The notes under the pieces: generated by a model
Databases searched by the model: none
What the model was told of the DNA's origin: nothing
What the model saw: only the letters and a program-made list of their open reading frames with translations
NCBI RefSeq assembly: GCF_021044425.1
Contig: NZ_JAJNEC010000005.1
Location: forward strand, 2,685,291-2,717,290
Origin: Niabella pedocola
Lineage (GTDB): Bacteria; Bacteroidota; Bacteroidia; Chitinophagales; Chitinophagaceae
Reading direction: 5' to 3'
DNA: 32,000 bases
Shown here: in pieces, positions 21,827 through 31,734 of the stretch
How the letters are laid out: every line of letters begins with the position of its first letter
How positions within the stretch are numbered: position 1 is the first letter of the stretch
Program-made: the position numbers and the translations under genes

Positions 21827-24800
21827 ATGCAGCAAATCTGCTCAAAATGTGGCCTGCTTGTCCTGCTTTTTTTAATGACCCTGCCGGGACTTTCGCAGGT
21901 GAAAACATTGACCGGCCTGGTGCGCGACGAAGCGACCGGCACCGCACTGGCCGGGGCCACCATTACGATTAAGGGAAAGACCACTACCGTGGTTGCCAAC
22001 GACGAAGGCGCTTTTTCTATTGCCGCCGCACCGGGTGATGTACTTTTAATATCCTATACGGGCTACGACCCCAAACAGGTTACCGTAGACAGCCAGTCGG
22101 GGATTACGGTTGCTTTATCTGCGCAGCTTAGTTCCAAAATGGATGAGGTAATTGTAGTGGGTTATGGTACGCAAAAACGAAGGGATTTTAATGGTGCCGC
22201 CTCCAAAGTAAATCCCCTGGCGCTGGAGCACAATCCCAATACCAATGTTGCCGCCGCACTGCAGGGTACGGTGCCGGGCTTACTGGTGCAGCAAACAACC
22301 GGGCAGCCGGGCACCTCGCCCAAGATCGTATTCCGGGGCGGAACGGGCTTTGACGGAACCGGTGATCCCCTGGTGGTAGTGGATGGAGTGGTGTTGCCCA
22401 GCTTGTACGGGTTAGACATGAACGACATAGAATCCATGGATGTATTAAAGGATGCTGCGTCTACTGCAATCTATGGCGCGCGTGCCGCCAACGGGGTGGT
22501 GCTCATCACCACAAAAAAAGGAAAGAAGGGAAGAACGCAGGTTCAGTACTCCATCCGGCAAACCATCAATTATCCAAGAAGTATAGCGGATGATTATTTA
22601 AGTGCTGCAGATTATATCCGTATGAACCGGCTGGGACTGCGGGCCAGGTATATCGCCGATTCGCTTACCGGCACCGGCGTTACCGGGGATAAAGGCCAGC
22701 TTACCGGTGCATGGGGCTGGGCCCTGGGCGCTACCAATACATCGCCGGTAGGGCTTTACACAACGCAGTTGGTTACCAACGCCAACAGGAAATATCTTAC
22801 AGACCCCAACTGGAAATTACTGGTGGATCCCAATCCATTTTACCCGGCCGCCAGAGATAGCATCCTGTATCGCGAAATATCCACGCAGGAGCGGGAAGCC
22901 ATGCTGATGCAACGGACAAATACCACCGAGCATTCACTGTCGCTTTCCGGGGCCAATGATCAGGGCGGGTTTGCATTAAACCTCAATGCCGTAAAAGATA
23001 ATGGTGTAATCATCGGTTCCTGGCTTAAACGGATCAATATGAACTTTAACGGCTCATTAAATGTAGGAAAGAACCTGAAGGTGGCCTTGAATACATCCGC
23101 TTATAATATTGACCAGGGCGTACCTTACTCAGAGCCCGGTATTGCCGGCAGTACCGGCGCCACCGGTGGTCTTATGCAGCGGTTCCTGGGTGTGGCTCCT
23201 ACCGTACGTTACTATAACGACACATCGGGTGTTGTACTGCCTGGCCCTAATGATGTAAGCCTGGGTAATCCGCAATACTGGGGTAATTTATATATTAACA
23301 GCACCAACCAGCAGCGGTTTATGGGAAGCCTGAACCTTGAATATACCATACTCCCATTCCTTAAGTTTGTGGCCAATGGTTCAGGATATATGCTTTATCA
23401 GAACAATAATAACTTTACAAAGGCCTATCAACAGGGCAATGGTGGCTCCATGAATACTACCCGTTCCGCCTCCTTCAGCAACTATCGCGATATTCAATAT
23501 ACCTATAACGGCTTCTTACAGTTTGATAAAAATATCAATGATCACAATATCAGTTTCATGGCCGGTGGAGAGTTCCTGGATTATAAGCGCTATACCTTCT
23601 CCGGTGCGGCATCCGGCGCGCCTACTGATATTATTCCCTGGCTAACAGCCGCTACGCCGCCGTCTGTGGTAAACGGGGTGATTGTGAACCCGGCCAGCGC
23701 TTCTTCCAATTTTCCTTACTGGGAGCGGTTGGCCTCAGGTATCGGCAAACTCAACTATTCCTACCGGGGTAAATATTTCCTTACCGGTATTCTCCGGCTG
23801 GATGGGTCTACCCGGCTCAATGAAACCAACTATTATGGACTATTTCCGGGGGCATCAGCCGGCTGGAACCTGCACAACGAAAACTTTTTCAAAAACAGCA
23901 AGCTGTCAACATATATCAGTACTGTTAAGCCACGCCTCAGCTACGGGGGAAATGGAAACCTGCAATATTTTGGTACCAGTTACTTCCCTACCGCACAGGT
24001 ATATTCCAATGCCGGGGTGTATAATGGAATGGGGGGCACGTATGCGCCCAATTATATCAATCCCGACCTGAGATGGGAGCGGACCAATTCGCTGAACATG
24101 GGTGCAGACCTTGGCTTCTTCCAGGACCGCATCACCATCATCGGTGATTACTTTATCAGGAATGTATTTGATAAGCTGGCGAACCTGCCAATTTCAGCAC
24201 AGACCGGCTTTACCAGCTATACCACTAATTTATCCCAGCTGCAGAACAGGGGCTGGGAATTGTCGATCAATGCAAAGGCGATCGCTCCTAAAAAAGAAGG
24301 AGGTTTTAGCCTGGACCTGGGAGCTACTTATTATACCGTTAAAAGCTATGCAATCAAACTTCCCTACAACGGACTGCCAGGCAACAGGCAAGGCACCATA
24401 CAGGTTTGGGATCCCCAGAATCCCGAACAGTTAAAGCAGGTAAATGGTTTGATAGAAGGCGAGCGTGTGGGCTATGATGAAGTATGGGCGCCCAAATGGG
24501 CAGGTATTTATACCACACAGGAGATGCTTGCGGCTGATGCCAGTGTGTACAATGCCTTCCTGCCGTATACGGGTGATAATAAAAAATTCAAACAACTGGG
24601 CGATGCCCGGTGGCTGCAGGTAAATAAGAACGATACCATCGACTCGCGGCAATATGTTTTTGTGGGGCGTACCACGCCAAAAGGATCGGGCAGTTTCTTT
24701 TTAAATGCCGGGTTTAAAGGCGTGCGGCTGTATACGGCATTTGATTATGCGTATGGTTTTGTGATCCTGAACAATAATACACTCAGAGGGCTGAGCCAGG

Positions 24801-25183
24801 TGCAGGGATCTCAAAACAGTACAAAAGAAGTGTTGAACACCTGGACGCCTGATAACCCGAATGCATCACTTCCCATGTTCTATTGGGCCAACCAGGGACG
24901 GAATTTTGCAACCGATGCGTCGGGCAATAATCCCCCCGCCAACCTTTGGGAAAAAGGAGATTACCTGATGCTGAGAGAAATGACATTGAGCTACAGCCTC
25001 ACCCGTCAGCTGCTGACAACCTTTCTCAGGAATAAAATTAAAGGGCTCAGTGTATCCGTAACAGGATCCAACCTGGTATACTTTACAAAGTACAGCGGCA
25101 TTTTCCCGGAAGTAGGCGGATTTGATAATGGCCGTTACCCGTTGCCCAAGCGGCTGACATTTGGAGCACAGATCACGTTTTAA
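21827..25183 (+). CDS. SusC/RagA-family TonB-dependent transporter of the sialic-acid locus (NanO-like)
   Basis: The ORF-track start at 21818 is a TTG. The ATG at 21827 gives MQQICSKCGLLVLLFLMTLPGLSQ. It has a CarboxypepD_reg segment (LTGLVRDEATGTALAGATITIKG), the SusC signature MDEVIVVGYGTQKRRDFNGAASKV and plug motifs (ALQGTVPGL, PLVVVDGVV, IESMDVLKDAASTAIYGARAANGVVLITTKKG). A SusD gene and nan genes follow. Confidence 0.95.
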   Translation: MQQICSKCGLLVLLFLMTLPGLSQVKTLTGLVRDEATGTALAGATITIKGKTTTVVANDEGAFSIAAAPGDVLLISYTGYDPKQVTVDSQSGITVALSAQLSSKMDEVIVVGYGTQKRRDFNGAASKVNPLALEHNPNTNVAAALQGTVPGLLVQQTTGQPGTSPKIVFRGGTGFDGTGDPLVVVDGVVLPSLYGLDMNDIESMDVLKDAASTAIYGARAANGVVLITTKKGKKGRTQVQYSIRQTINYPRSIADDYLSAADYIRMNRLGLRARYIADSLTGTGVTGDKGQLTGAWGWALGATNTSPVGLYTTQLVTNANRKYLTDPNWKLLVDPNPFYPAARDSILYREISTQEREAMLMQRTNTTEHSLSLSGANDQGGFALNLNAVKDNGVIIGSWLKRINMNFNGSLNVGKNLKVALNTSAYNIDQGVPYSEPGIAGSTGATGGLMQRFLGVAPTVRYYNDTSGVVLPGPNDVSLGNPQYWGNLYINSTNQQRFMGSLNLEYTILPFLKFVANGSGYMLYQNNNNFTKAYQQGNGGSMNTTRSASFSNYRDIQYTYNGFLQFDKNINDHNISFMAGGEFLDYKRYTFSGAASGAPTDIIPWLTAATPPSVVNGVIVNPASASSNFPYWERLASGIGKLNYSYRGKYFLTGILRLDGSTRLNETNYYGLFPGASAGWNLHNENFFKNSKLSTYISTVKPRLSYGGNGNLQYFGTSYFPTAQVYSNAGVYNGMGGTYAPNYINPDLRWERTNSLNMGADLGFFQDRITIIGDYFIRNVFDKLANLPISAQTGFTSYTTNLSQLQNRGWELSINAKAIAPKKEGGFSLDLGATYYTVKSYAIKLPYNGLPGNRQGTIQVWDPQNPEQLKQVNGLIEGERVGYDEVWAPKWAGIYTTQEMLAADASVYNAFLPYTGDNKKFKQLGDARWLQVNKNDTIDSRQYVFVGRTTPKGSGSFFLNAGFKGVRLYTAFDYAYGFVILNNNTLRGLSQVQGSQNSTKEVLNTWTPDNPNASLPMFYWANQGRNFATDASGNNPPANLWEKGDYLMLREMTLSYSLTRQLLTTFLRNKIKGLSVSVTGSNLVYFTKYSGIFPEVGGFDNGRYPLPKRLTFGAQITF

Positions 25184-25204
25184 CCATCAATAAATTTTAC
25201 AATA

Positions 25205-26731
25205 ATGAAACCGAATATAATATCTCTTATAATGGGCTTCGCGGGGATTGCATTGGTTGCCACATCCTGCAAGCAGCAGCTGAATGAAGTGATCCCGCAG
25301 GACCGGATCAGTAAATCACTGGCGCTAACAGATGCCGGTGCCGCACAAACCCTGTATGCCGGCGCCTACGCTTTGTTCCGCTCCAACGTGGGTACTTTTT
25401 TTAACCTGGGTGAAATGCGTTCAGATATATGGGCCGATGGTATTTTTACAGAATCGGTAGACGGTACCGCCCAGCAATTATATACGCATAATATCAGCGC
25501 CCTGAATGTACCTTATGCAAACTGGGGCGGGTTCTACGGTCTTATATATACGATTAACAATGTTATAGATGTACTGCCTCAAAGCCCGGTGGATGCGGTT
25601 ACCAGCCAGCGGGAAGTGGCCGAGATGTACGGTCTGAGGGCCTATATTTATTACACCATGCTCAAAACCTGGGGCGGCGTACCGTTGTCGACCACACCGG
25701 TTGTTACTATAAACAATGCTGCAGAAACCTATAAGGCCCGGAGCACACCGGATTCAGTAATGCTGCAGATAAAAAGCGATATCGAAAAGTCGCTCCAGTT
25801 ATTTGGAAGCAGCAATACGCTTCCTGCGGGCAACCGCGTTTTCTGGAGCCGCGTAGCATCGCTGGCATTGAAAGGTGATGTGTACCTCTGGTCCGGTACC
25901 CACTTAGGCGGCGGCAATGCCGACCTCACAACAGCCAAAACGGCGCTGCAGGAAATCATAAATTTACAGGGCAGTACAATCAGGCTGCAAACCAATTTCG
26001 CCGATATTTTTGACCCTACAAAAAAAAGCAATAACCCGGAGATCATCTTTGCGGTTAACTATGAACTGGGGCAGGCAACACAGGGTACATTTGGCAATTT
26101 CCTGGTAAATAATATCCAGGCTTCCGGTCTTTCTTTTGCCAAGGCCGCTACACCTACGGTTTCGTCCGTATATCCGTATGTGGGGGGCGCCAACCGGGTA
26201 GGCATGTCGCAGGCCACGATCGACAAGCTAACGGCAAATGCCGCGGACCAGCGGATACCGTATTCATTCAAAGTCATGTATTCCGCCGCCGCACCCTTTG
26301 CCACAAGAGGAGTGATGCTTACAAAATTTATTGGCGCCACTTCCGGTACCACACAGGTGTATAATAATGATTATCCCGTATTCCGCTATGCAGATATATT
26401 GCTGTTGATGGCCGAGGCAAAGGCCAAGTTGGGCGAAGATCCCTCCTCAGAGATCAGCCAGATACGGGCAAGAGCGTATGGCGCCGCGGCTCCTGCTTTT
26501 GTAAACGGATCCGTTTCCGATAATCTGAACGCCATTCTGGAAGAATACCTGAGAGAATATATCGGAGAAGGTAAACGCTGGTGGGCTTTAAGAAGAGCCG
26601 GCGATAATTATGTGTATGCGGCCATTAAACCGGCCTATCTTTCACCCGCCACGGTGGCAAAATTATTGCTGCCCATTTCTCAGTCGATGATGAATAATGA
26701 CCCTCTGTTGGCGCAAACGCCCGGATATTGA
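25205..26731 (+). CDS. SusD/RagB-family lipoprotein of the sialic-acid locus (NanU-like)
   Basis: The ORF is 508 aa with a lipobox (ALVATSC-KQQ). SusD-type motifs are present (AEMYGLRAYIYYTMLKTWGGVPL, FRYADILLLMAEAKAKLG, EGKRWWALRRAG). It starts 21 nt after the SusC stop. Confidence 0.9.
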   Translation: MKPNIISLIMGFAGIALVATSCKQQLNEVIPQDRISKSLALTDAGAAQTLYAGAYALFRSNVGTFFNLGEMRSDIWADGIFTESVDGTAQQLYTHNISALNVPYANWGGFYGLIYTINNVIDVLPQSPVDAVTSQREVAEMYGLRAYIYYTMLKTWGGVPLSTTPVVTINNAAETYKARSTPDSVMLQIKSDIEKSLQLFGSSNTLPAGNRVFWSRVASLALKGDVYLWSGTHLGGGNADLTTAKTALQEIINLQGSTIRLQTNFADIFDPTKKSNNPEIIFAVNYELGQATQGTFGNFLVNNIQASGLSFAKAATPTVSSVYPYVGGANRVGMSQATIDKLTANAADQRIPYSFKVMYSAAAPFATRGVMLTKFIGATSGTTQVYNNDYPVFRYADILLLMAEAKAKLGEDPSSEISQIRARAYGAAAPAFVNGSVSDNLNAILEEYLREYIGEGKRWWALRRAGDNYVYAAIKPAYLSPATVAKLLLPISQSMMNNDPLLAQTPGY

Positions 26732-26808
26732 TGCCATCGGCAAAATAATATAGATTAGCTGCCGTGTATGTGCAAAAAATTGTTTTCATTCAATAGTATA
26801 TAAAATTT

Positions 26809-27741
26809 ATGAGTTATAAAAAATTGACAGGTCTCATCGCTGCCCCTTTTACACCCATGCATCCGGATGGCAGTCTTAACCTGGACCGGATACCCGCTTA
26901 CTACAGCTTTCTAAAGCACAATAAGATGATTGGCGCTTTTATCAATGGTTCTACCGGTGAAGGCGTTTCTCAAACCAAGGAGGAGAAAAAGCAGGTAGCC
27001 GAGGCCTGGGCCGAAGCCACCCATGGCGATGATGCTTTTAAAGTCATCAATCTCGTAGGAGGCACTTCGCTGCGTGATTGCATCGAAATGGCCGAACATA
27101 CCGCCCGGGTAGGCTTGTACGCTGTTTCCTTTACGGCGCCCTATTATTTTAAGCCCTTTACCCCTGCGGCACTTGCCGAGTGTTGCAAGGAGGTTGCGGC
27201 TGCGGCACCCCAAACGGCTTTCTATTATTATCATATCCCGGTGTTAACCGGCTGCCCGGTCAGCATGTATGATTTATTAAAAGCAGTTGACGGATCCATC
27301 CCGAATTTTGCCGGTATCAAATACACTCATGAAGACTTTATGGATTTTCTTTCCTGTATGTATGTAGACGGTGGCCGGTACGACATGCTTTGGGGGCGGG
27401 ATGAAAACATGCTTTCGGCACTGGCCCTGGGGAGCTTTGGTGCGGTAGGCAGTACCTACAATTATGCAGCGCCCCTGTATCATGCGTTGATAGACGCGTT
27501 TAAGAAGGGATCTCTGCAAACGGCAAAGGATCTTCAGTACCGGGCCATCGAAATGATCCGGCTATTGGGCAAATACGGAGGCATCGCTACGGGGAAAGCT
27601 TACATGAAACTGGTGGGAATGGATTGCGGAGCGTTTCGCTTACCTGTGCTCAATATGAATGATGCGGCGTTTGATACCTTTAAACAGGACGTAGCTGCCA
27701 TCGGTTTTGAAGACTTCCGTTCCCGGCTCCCGGTTGAATAA
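26809..27741 (+). CDS. nanA: N-acetylneuraminate lyase (DapA/NAL superfamily)
   Basis: The ORF is 310 aa. It has the GSTGEG motif, YYYHIP, and the Schiff-base lysine in FAGIKYTHEDF (Lys codon at 27319-27321). It sits inside a sialidase/SusCD/MFS cluster. Confidence 0.9.
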   Translation: MSYKKLTGLIAAPFTPMHPDGSLNLDRIPAYYSFLKHNKMIGAFINGSTGEGVSQTKEEKKQVAEAWAEATHGDDAFKVINLVGGTSLRDCIEMAEHTARVGLYAVSFTAPYYFKPFTPAALAECCKEVAAAAPQTAFYYYHIPVLTGCPVSMYDLLKAVDGSIPNFAGIKYTHEDFMDFLSCMYVDGGRYDMLWGRDENMLSALALGSFGAVGSTYNYAAPLYHALIDAFKKGSLQTAKDLQYRAIEMIRLLGKYGGIATGKAYMKLVGMDCGAFRLPVLNMNDAAFDTFKQDVAAIGFEDFRSRLPVE

Positions 27742-27750
27742 ATTGCACAC

Positions 27751-28893
27751 ATGTTTAAATGCATTCGATATCTGTATTATTTATTATTCATTTTAAGTAT
27801 GCAATGGATTGCCTGCCATCCCCGGCACAAAAGTAAACCGGCATTTCAATGGAAGCAGTTTGCACTACTCCCTTCAGCAAATGGAGCGAAGTCGCTGGGA
27901 TACGCCGGTCCGGTTACGGGCATCCTGGGCCATTGGTTATTGATAGGAGGCGGGGCCAATTTTCCGGATGGAATGCCCTGGAAGGGTGGCAAGAAACAGT
28001 ACTATAGTCAGGTATATGTAACGGACCTCAACGAAAAAGTTCCATTCTTCAGGGAATTCCGCTTGCCCTACCCCGTGGCGTACAGCGCAAATTGCAGCAC
28101 ATCCTCTGGGATTGTTTGTGTGGGCGGCGAAGCAGGTAAAGGGCCGCTCAGCCGGGTGCTGCTGATTCAGTTTGATAAAGAGATGCCGGTGTTCAGCTCC
28201 CTTCCCTCATTGCCACTGACGCTTACGAATGCTGCAGGCACGTCCATCGGAAACACGATCTACGTAGCGGGCGGGGAAACAGGAACCACCGTATCTTCCC
28301 GGTTTTTTAAACTGGACCTGGAAGACACGCTTAAAGGCTGGCAGCCCCTGCCGGATATTCCGCACCCGGTATCACATGCCGTATTGGTATCCATGCCGGA
28401 GAGCGGCACCGTTTTCCTTGCCGGCGGCAGAAGCAAAACAGAAAGCGGTGTCAGCAACTTATATAACAGTCTGTTTGCTTATGATATAGCCACCGGGCAA
28501 TGGATGGCAAAGAAAAACCTGCCCTATGCCTTGAGCGCAGGAACGGGCGCAGTCATTGAAAACCGGTATATTGCCTTATTGGGCGGAGACAGGGGAACGG
28601 CGTTTCATAAAACCGAAGTATTGATCAGTGCCATCGGAAAGGAACAGGACCCTGTAAAAAAACAGGCACTTACCGAAGAAAAGAACCGGGTACAGGAAAC
28701 GCATCCCGGCTTTAGCAATGAGATCCTGTTGTATGATATCGAAAACGACCGGTGGATGAGTGCCGGAAGCATTCCTTTCCCCGTTCCGGTAACCACCACC
28801 GCGGTTACAGGCAACAACCGGCTATGGCTCCCGTCCGGCGAGATAAAGGCCGGTGTGCGCAGTCCGTTCATCCTTGAAGCAAGCATCCGATGA
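27751..28893 (+). CDS. nanM: Kelch-repeat beta-propeller, N-acetylneuraminate mutarotase-like (NanM / cyclically permuted mutarotase family)
   Basis: The ORF is 380 aa with an N-terminal signal/lipoprotein-like sequence (LLFILSMQWIAC). Repeated Kelch-like blades are present (LLIGGGANF, IVCVGGEAG, IYVAGGETG, VFLAGGRSK, IALLGGDRG, LWLPSGEIK). The position next to nanA is typical of Bacteroidota nan loci. Confidence 0.75.
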   Translation: MFKCIRYLYYLLFILSMQWIACHPRHKSKPAFQWKQFALLPSANGAKSLGYAGPVTGILGHWLLIGGGANFPDGMPWKGGKKQYYSQVYVTDLNEKVPFFREFRLPYPVAYSANCSTSSGIVCVGGEAGKGPLSRVLLIQFDKEMPVFSSLPSLPLTLTNAAGTSIGNTIYVAGGETGTTVSSRFFKLDLEDTLKGWQPLPDIPHPVSHAVLVSMPESGTVFLAGGRSKTESGVSNLYNSLFAYDIATGQWMAKKNLPYALSAGTGAVIENRYIALLGGDRGTAFHKTEVLISAIGKEQDPVKKQALTEEKNRVQETHPGFSNEILLYDIENDRWMSAGSIPFPVPVTTTAVTGNNRLWLPSGEIKAGVRSPFILEASIR

Positions 28894-30155
28894 AGATGAT
28901 AACAAATACAACAGCTTCCCAAAAACAATCCGCCTTCTATCCATGGATGGTGGTGGCGCTCTTGTGGGGCGTGGCATTGCTCAATTATATGGACCGGCAG
29001 ATGCTCAGCACCATGCGGGAGGCGATGCAGGTCGATATACAGGAACTGGAACGGGCAGAGCGCTTTGGCTTTCTGATGGCGATCTTCCTGTACATCTACG
29101 GTTTTATGAGCCCCGTGGCCGGTGCGGTGGCCGACAGGGTGAACCGGAAATGGCTGATTGTAAGCAGCCTCCTGGTTTGGTCGGCGGTTACCTACGGGAT
29201 GGGTATGGCAACCAGCTTTAACCAGCTGCTGGGACTGCGCGCGCTTATGGGCGTAAGTGAGGCCCTGTATTTACCCGCAGCCCTTGCCATGATCGCCGAT
29301 TATCATACCGGTAAAACGCGGTCGCTGGCTATTGGCATTCATATGACGGGCTTATACGCCGGCCAGGCGCTGGGCGGATTTGGTGCTACAGTGGCCGCAG
29401 CCTACACCTGGCATACGGCATTCCATTGGTTTGGTATTGCAGGCATTGCGTATGCGGCAATCCTGGCACTTTTGTTAAAGGATACAAAACCGAAACCGGC
29501 TGCTGGTACCGGGCCGGGAAAAATACATGTATTCGGCGGGCTGGTAACCCTCTTTTCCAATATTGCTTTTTGGGTGATCCTGTTTTGTTTTGCGGCCCCC
29601 AGTCTTCCGGGTTGGGCAATCAAGAACTGGTTGCCGACATTATTTGCAGATACCCTGCAGCTTCCGATGTCAAAAGCCGGACCAATGGCCACCATTACCA
29701 TAGCCCTCTCTTCTTTTGCAGGCGTTATTTTGGGCGGCCTCCTTTCCGACCGGTGGGTACAAAAAAATGTAAGAGGCCGTATTTATACAAGTGCAATCGG
29801 CCTGGGTTTCACCATTCCTTCACTGGTACTACTGGGGTTTGGCCATAGCCTGCCTGCAGTGATGGGTGCGGCTATTTGCTTTGGAATAGGCTTTGGAATT
29901 TTCGACGCCAATAATATGCCGGTCCTCTGCCAGTTTATTCCGCCCCGGCTAAGGGCTACCGCCTATGGCTTTATGAATATGGTGGGCGTTTTTGCCGGCG
30001 CATTTATTACAAACCTGCTGGGGAAGGCCACGGATGAAGGGCATCTTGGAAGAAACTTTGCCATGATGTCCGGCATCGTTATGGTTGCAATGCTTCTCCA
30101 GTTTATTTTTTTAAAGCCCAGGACTAATAATTATACGGAACAGCATCAATCGTAA
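28890..30155 (+). CDS. MFS transporter (anion:cation symporter-like), probable inner-membrane sialic-acid permease
   Basis: The ORF is 421 aa with ~12 hydrophobic helices. The MFS loop-2/3 motif is GAVADRVNRKW. Its start overlaps the NanM stop (ATGA at 28890-28893). The position is equivalent to the NanT-type MFS of Bacteroides/Tannerella nan operons. The substrate is inferred from context only. Confidence 0.8.
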   Translation: MKMITNTTASQKQSAFYPWMVVALLWGVALLNYMDRQMLSTMREAMQVDIQELERAERFGFLMAIFLYIYGFMSPVAGAVADRVNRKWLIVSSLLVWSAVTYGMGMATSFNQLLGLRALMGVSEALYLPAALAMIADYHTGKTRSLAIGIHMTGLYAGQALGGFGATVAAAYTWHTAFHWFGIAGIAYAAILALLLKDTKPKPAAGTGPGKIHVFGGLVTLFSNIAFWVILFCFAAPSLPGWAIKNWLPTLFADTLQLPMSKAGPMATITIALSSFAGVILGGLLSDRWVQKNVRGRIYTSAIGLGFTIPSLVLLGFGHSLPAVMGAAICFGIGFGIFDANNMPVLCQFIPPRLRATAYGFMNMVGVFAGAFITNLLGKATDEGHLGRNFAMMSGIVMVAMLLQFIFLKPRTNNYTEQHQS

Positions 30156-30161
30156 ATCAGT

Positions 30162-31730
30162 ATGCAGACAACAATCATCAGAACGCGCCTGTATGGCGCC
30201 CTTCATTTGATCTTAATGACCGGCTTGGCCGCCGTAAGCTACGGACAGCAGGCCGCCACTGCCGAAATTGTAAATTATACCATACCGGTTTTAAAAAGAG
30301 CCGGCAGTAATCCCGTGCAGCGGATCAGCGTATATGTACCCGCCACAGCCCCACCGGTAAAAAATATTTCCGTGCGCATCAATCCGCAGGCCATGGCTGC
30401 ATTTGAAAAAATAACGGTATACCATACCGGCAATGAACCCCTGTTCTCCGGCAGGAATATTGCCGGTACAGGCACGGTAACCGGGAGTAACCTGTTGCTG
30501 GCTGTAAATGTTCCGTTGAAGCCCGGCTTTAATTATCTGTGGATGAGTCCTGTTTTAAAAGAACAGGCGCCTGTAGGGGTATCTGTAAAAATGGAGGTAA
30601 CACAGCTGATGCTGGCAGATAACAAAGTGCTGATTCCCCGCAACCGGCAGCCGCAGGAAAAGGGCTGGGCTACGGGCGTGCGCATCCGTATGCCCGGTGA
30701 TGATGCGGTAAACACCTATCGGATACCTGGTTTAACAAGAACCGATAAAAACACGCTGATCGCCGTATATGATATCCGGTATCAAAATGACCGCGACCTG
30801 CCCGCAGATATTGATGTGGGAATGAGTCGCAGCACCGACGGCGGCCAAACCTGGGAACCCATGAAAGTGATCCTGTCAATGGGAAAGACCGGGGAAAACA
30901 GTGGTATCGGCGACCCCGCTATTTTATTTGATCCGGTAACCAAAAAAATATGGGTGGCGGCGCTTTGGAGTAAAGGAAACCGTTCGATAGCAGGTTCAGA
31001 ACCGGGCCTCTCGCCCGATAGCAGCGGGCAGTTTGTACTGGCGTATGGTGCGGATGACGGAAAAACATGGTCGGCGCCCATCAATATCACCGCACAGGTA
31101 AAGAACCCCGCCTGGCATTTGTATTTTCAGGGACCGGGAAATGGTATTGCCATGCAAAACGGCACCCTGGTTTTTCCTTCCCAATACTGGGATGAAACAA
31201 AGAAACCGGGCATCCCTCATTCATCTGTCATTTACAGTACGGATCATGGGCAAAGCTGGAAATCGGGCATTGGCGCGCGATCGAACACAACCGAAAGCCA
31301 GGTGGTGGAAACCCGGCCGGGCGTACTGATGCTGAACATGCGCGATAACCGGGGTAGCTTCCGGAGTATCGCCACTACAAAAGATTATGGAAAAACCTGG
31401 CTGGAGCACCCCAGCTCCTACCATGCGCTGCCGGACCCCGTTTGTATGGGTTCCATTATTAAAGCAAAGGTGCGGGTAAAGGGCGTATTAAAAGAAGTCC
31501 TTTTCTTCAGCAATATGAATAACACTTATGCACGTGATCAATTAACGATTAAGGCGAGCCTTGACCTCGGGGAAACCTGGCTGCCGGCAAACCGTATACT
31601 GATCGATGAGCGGAAAGCATATGGCTACTCATCACTGGTGCAGATCGATGATCACACCTTGGGGCTCTTATACGAAGGGATAAGGGATCTGAATTTTGTA
31701 CGCGTACCGGTTGCGGAAATCATTCCATAA
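30162..31730 (+). CDS. nanH: GH33 exo-alpha-sialidase with an N-terminal BNR-associated carbohydrate-binding-like domain
   Basis: The ORF is 522 aa with a signal peptide. The RIP motif is YRIPGL (Arg codon at 30720-30722). There are five Asp-boxes: SRSTDGGQTW (30825-30854), YGADDGKTW, YSTDHGQSW, TTKDYGKTW and ASLDLGETW. The C-terminal YGYSSL and LYEG motifs are typical of bacterial sialidases. Confidence 0.95.
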   Translation: MQTTIIRTRLYGALHLILMTGLAAVSYGQQAATAEIVNYTIPVLKRAGSNPVQRISVYVPATAPPVKNISVRINPQAMAAFEKITVYHTGNEPLFSGRNIAGTGTVTGSNLLLAVNVPLKPGFNYLWMSPVLKEQAPVGVSVKMEVTQLMLADNKVLIPRNRQPQEKGWATGVRIRMPGDDAVNTYRIPGLTRTDKNTLIAVYDIRYQNDRDLPADIDVGMSRSTDGGQTWEPMKVILSMGKTGENSGIGDPAILFDPVTKKIWVAALWSKGNRSIAGSEPGLSPDSSGQFVLAYGADDGKTWSAPINITAQVKNPAWHLYFQGPGNGIAMQNGTLVFPSQYWDETKKPGIPHSSVIYSTDHGQSWKSGIGARSNTTESQVVETRPGVLMLNMRDNRGSFRSIATTKDYGKTWLEHPSSYHALPDPVCMGSIIKAKVRVKGVLKEVLFFSNMNNTYARDQLTIKASLDLGETWLPANRILIDERKAYGYSSLVQIDDHTLGLLYEGIRDLNFVRVPVAEIIP

Positions 31731-31734
31731 AGCC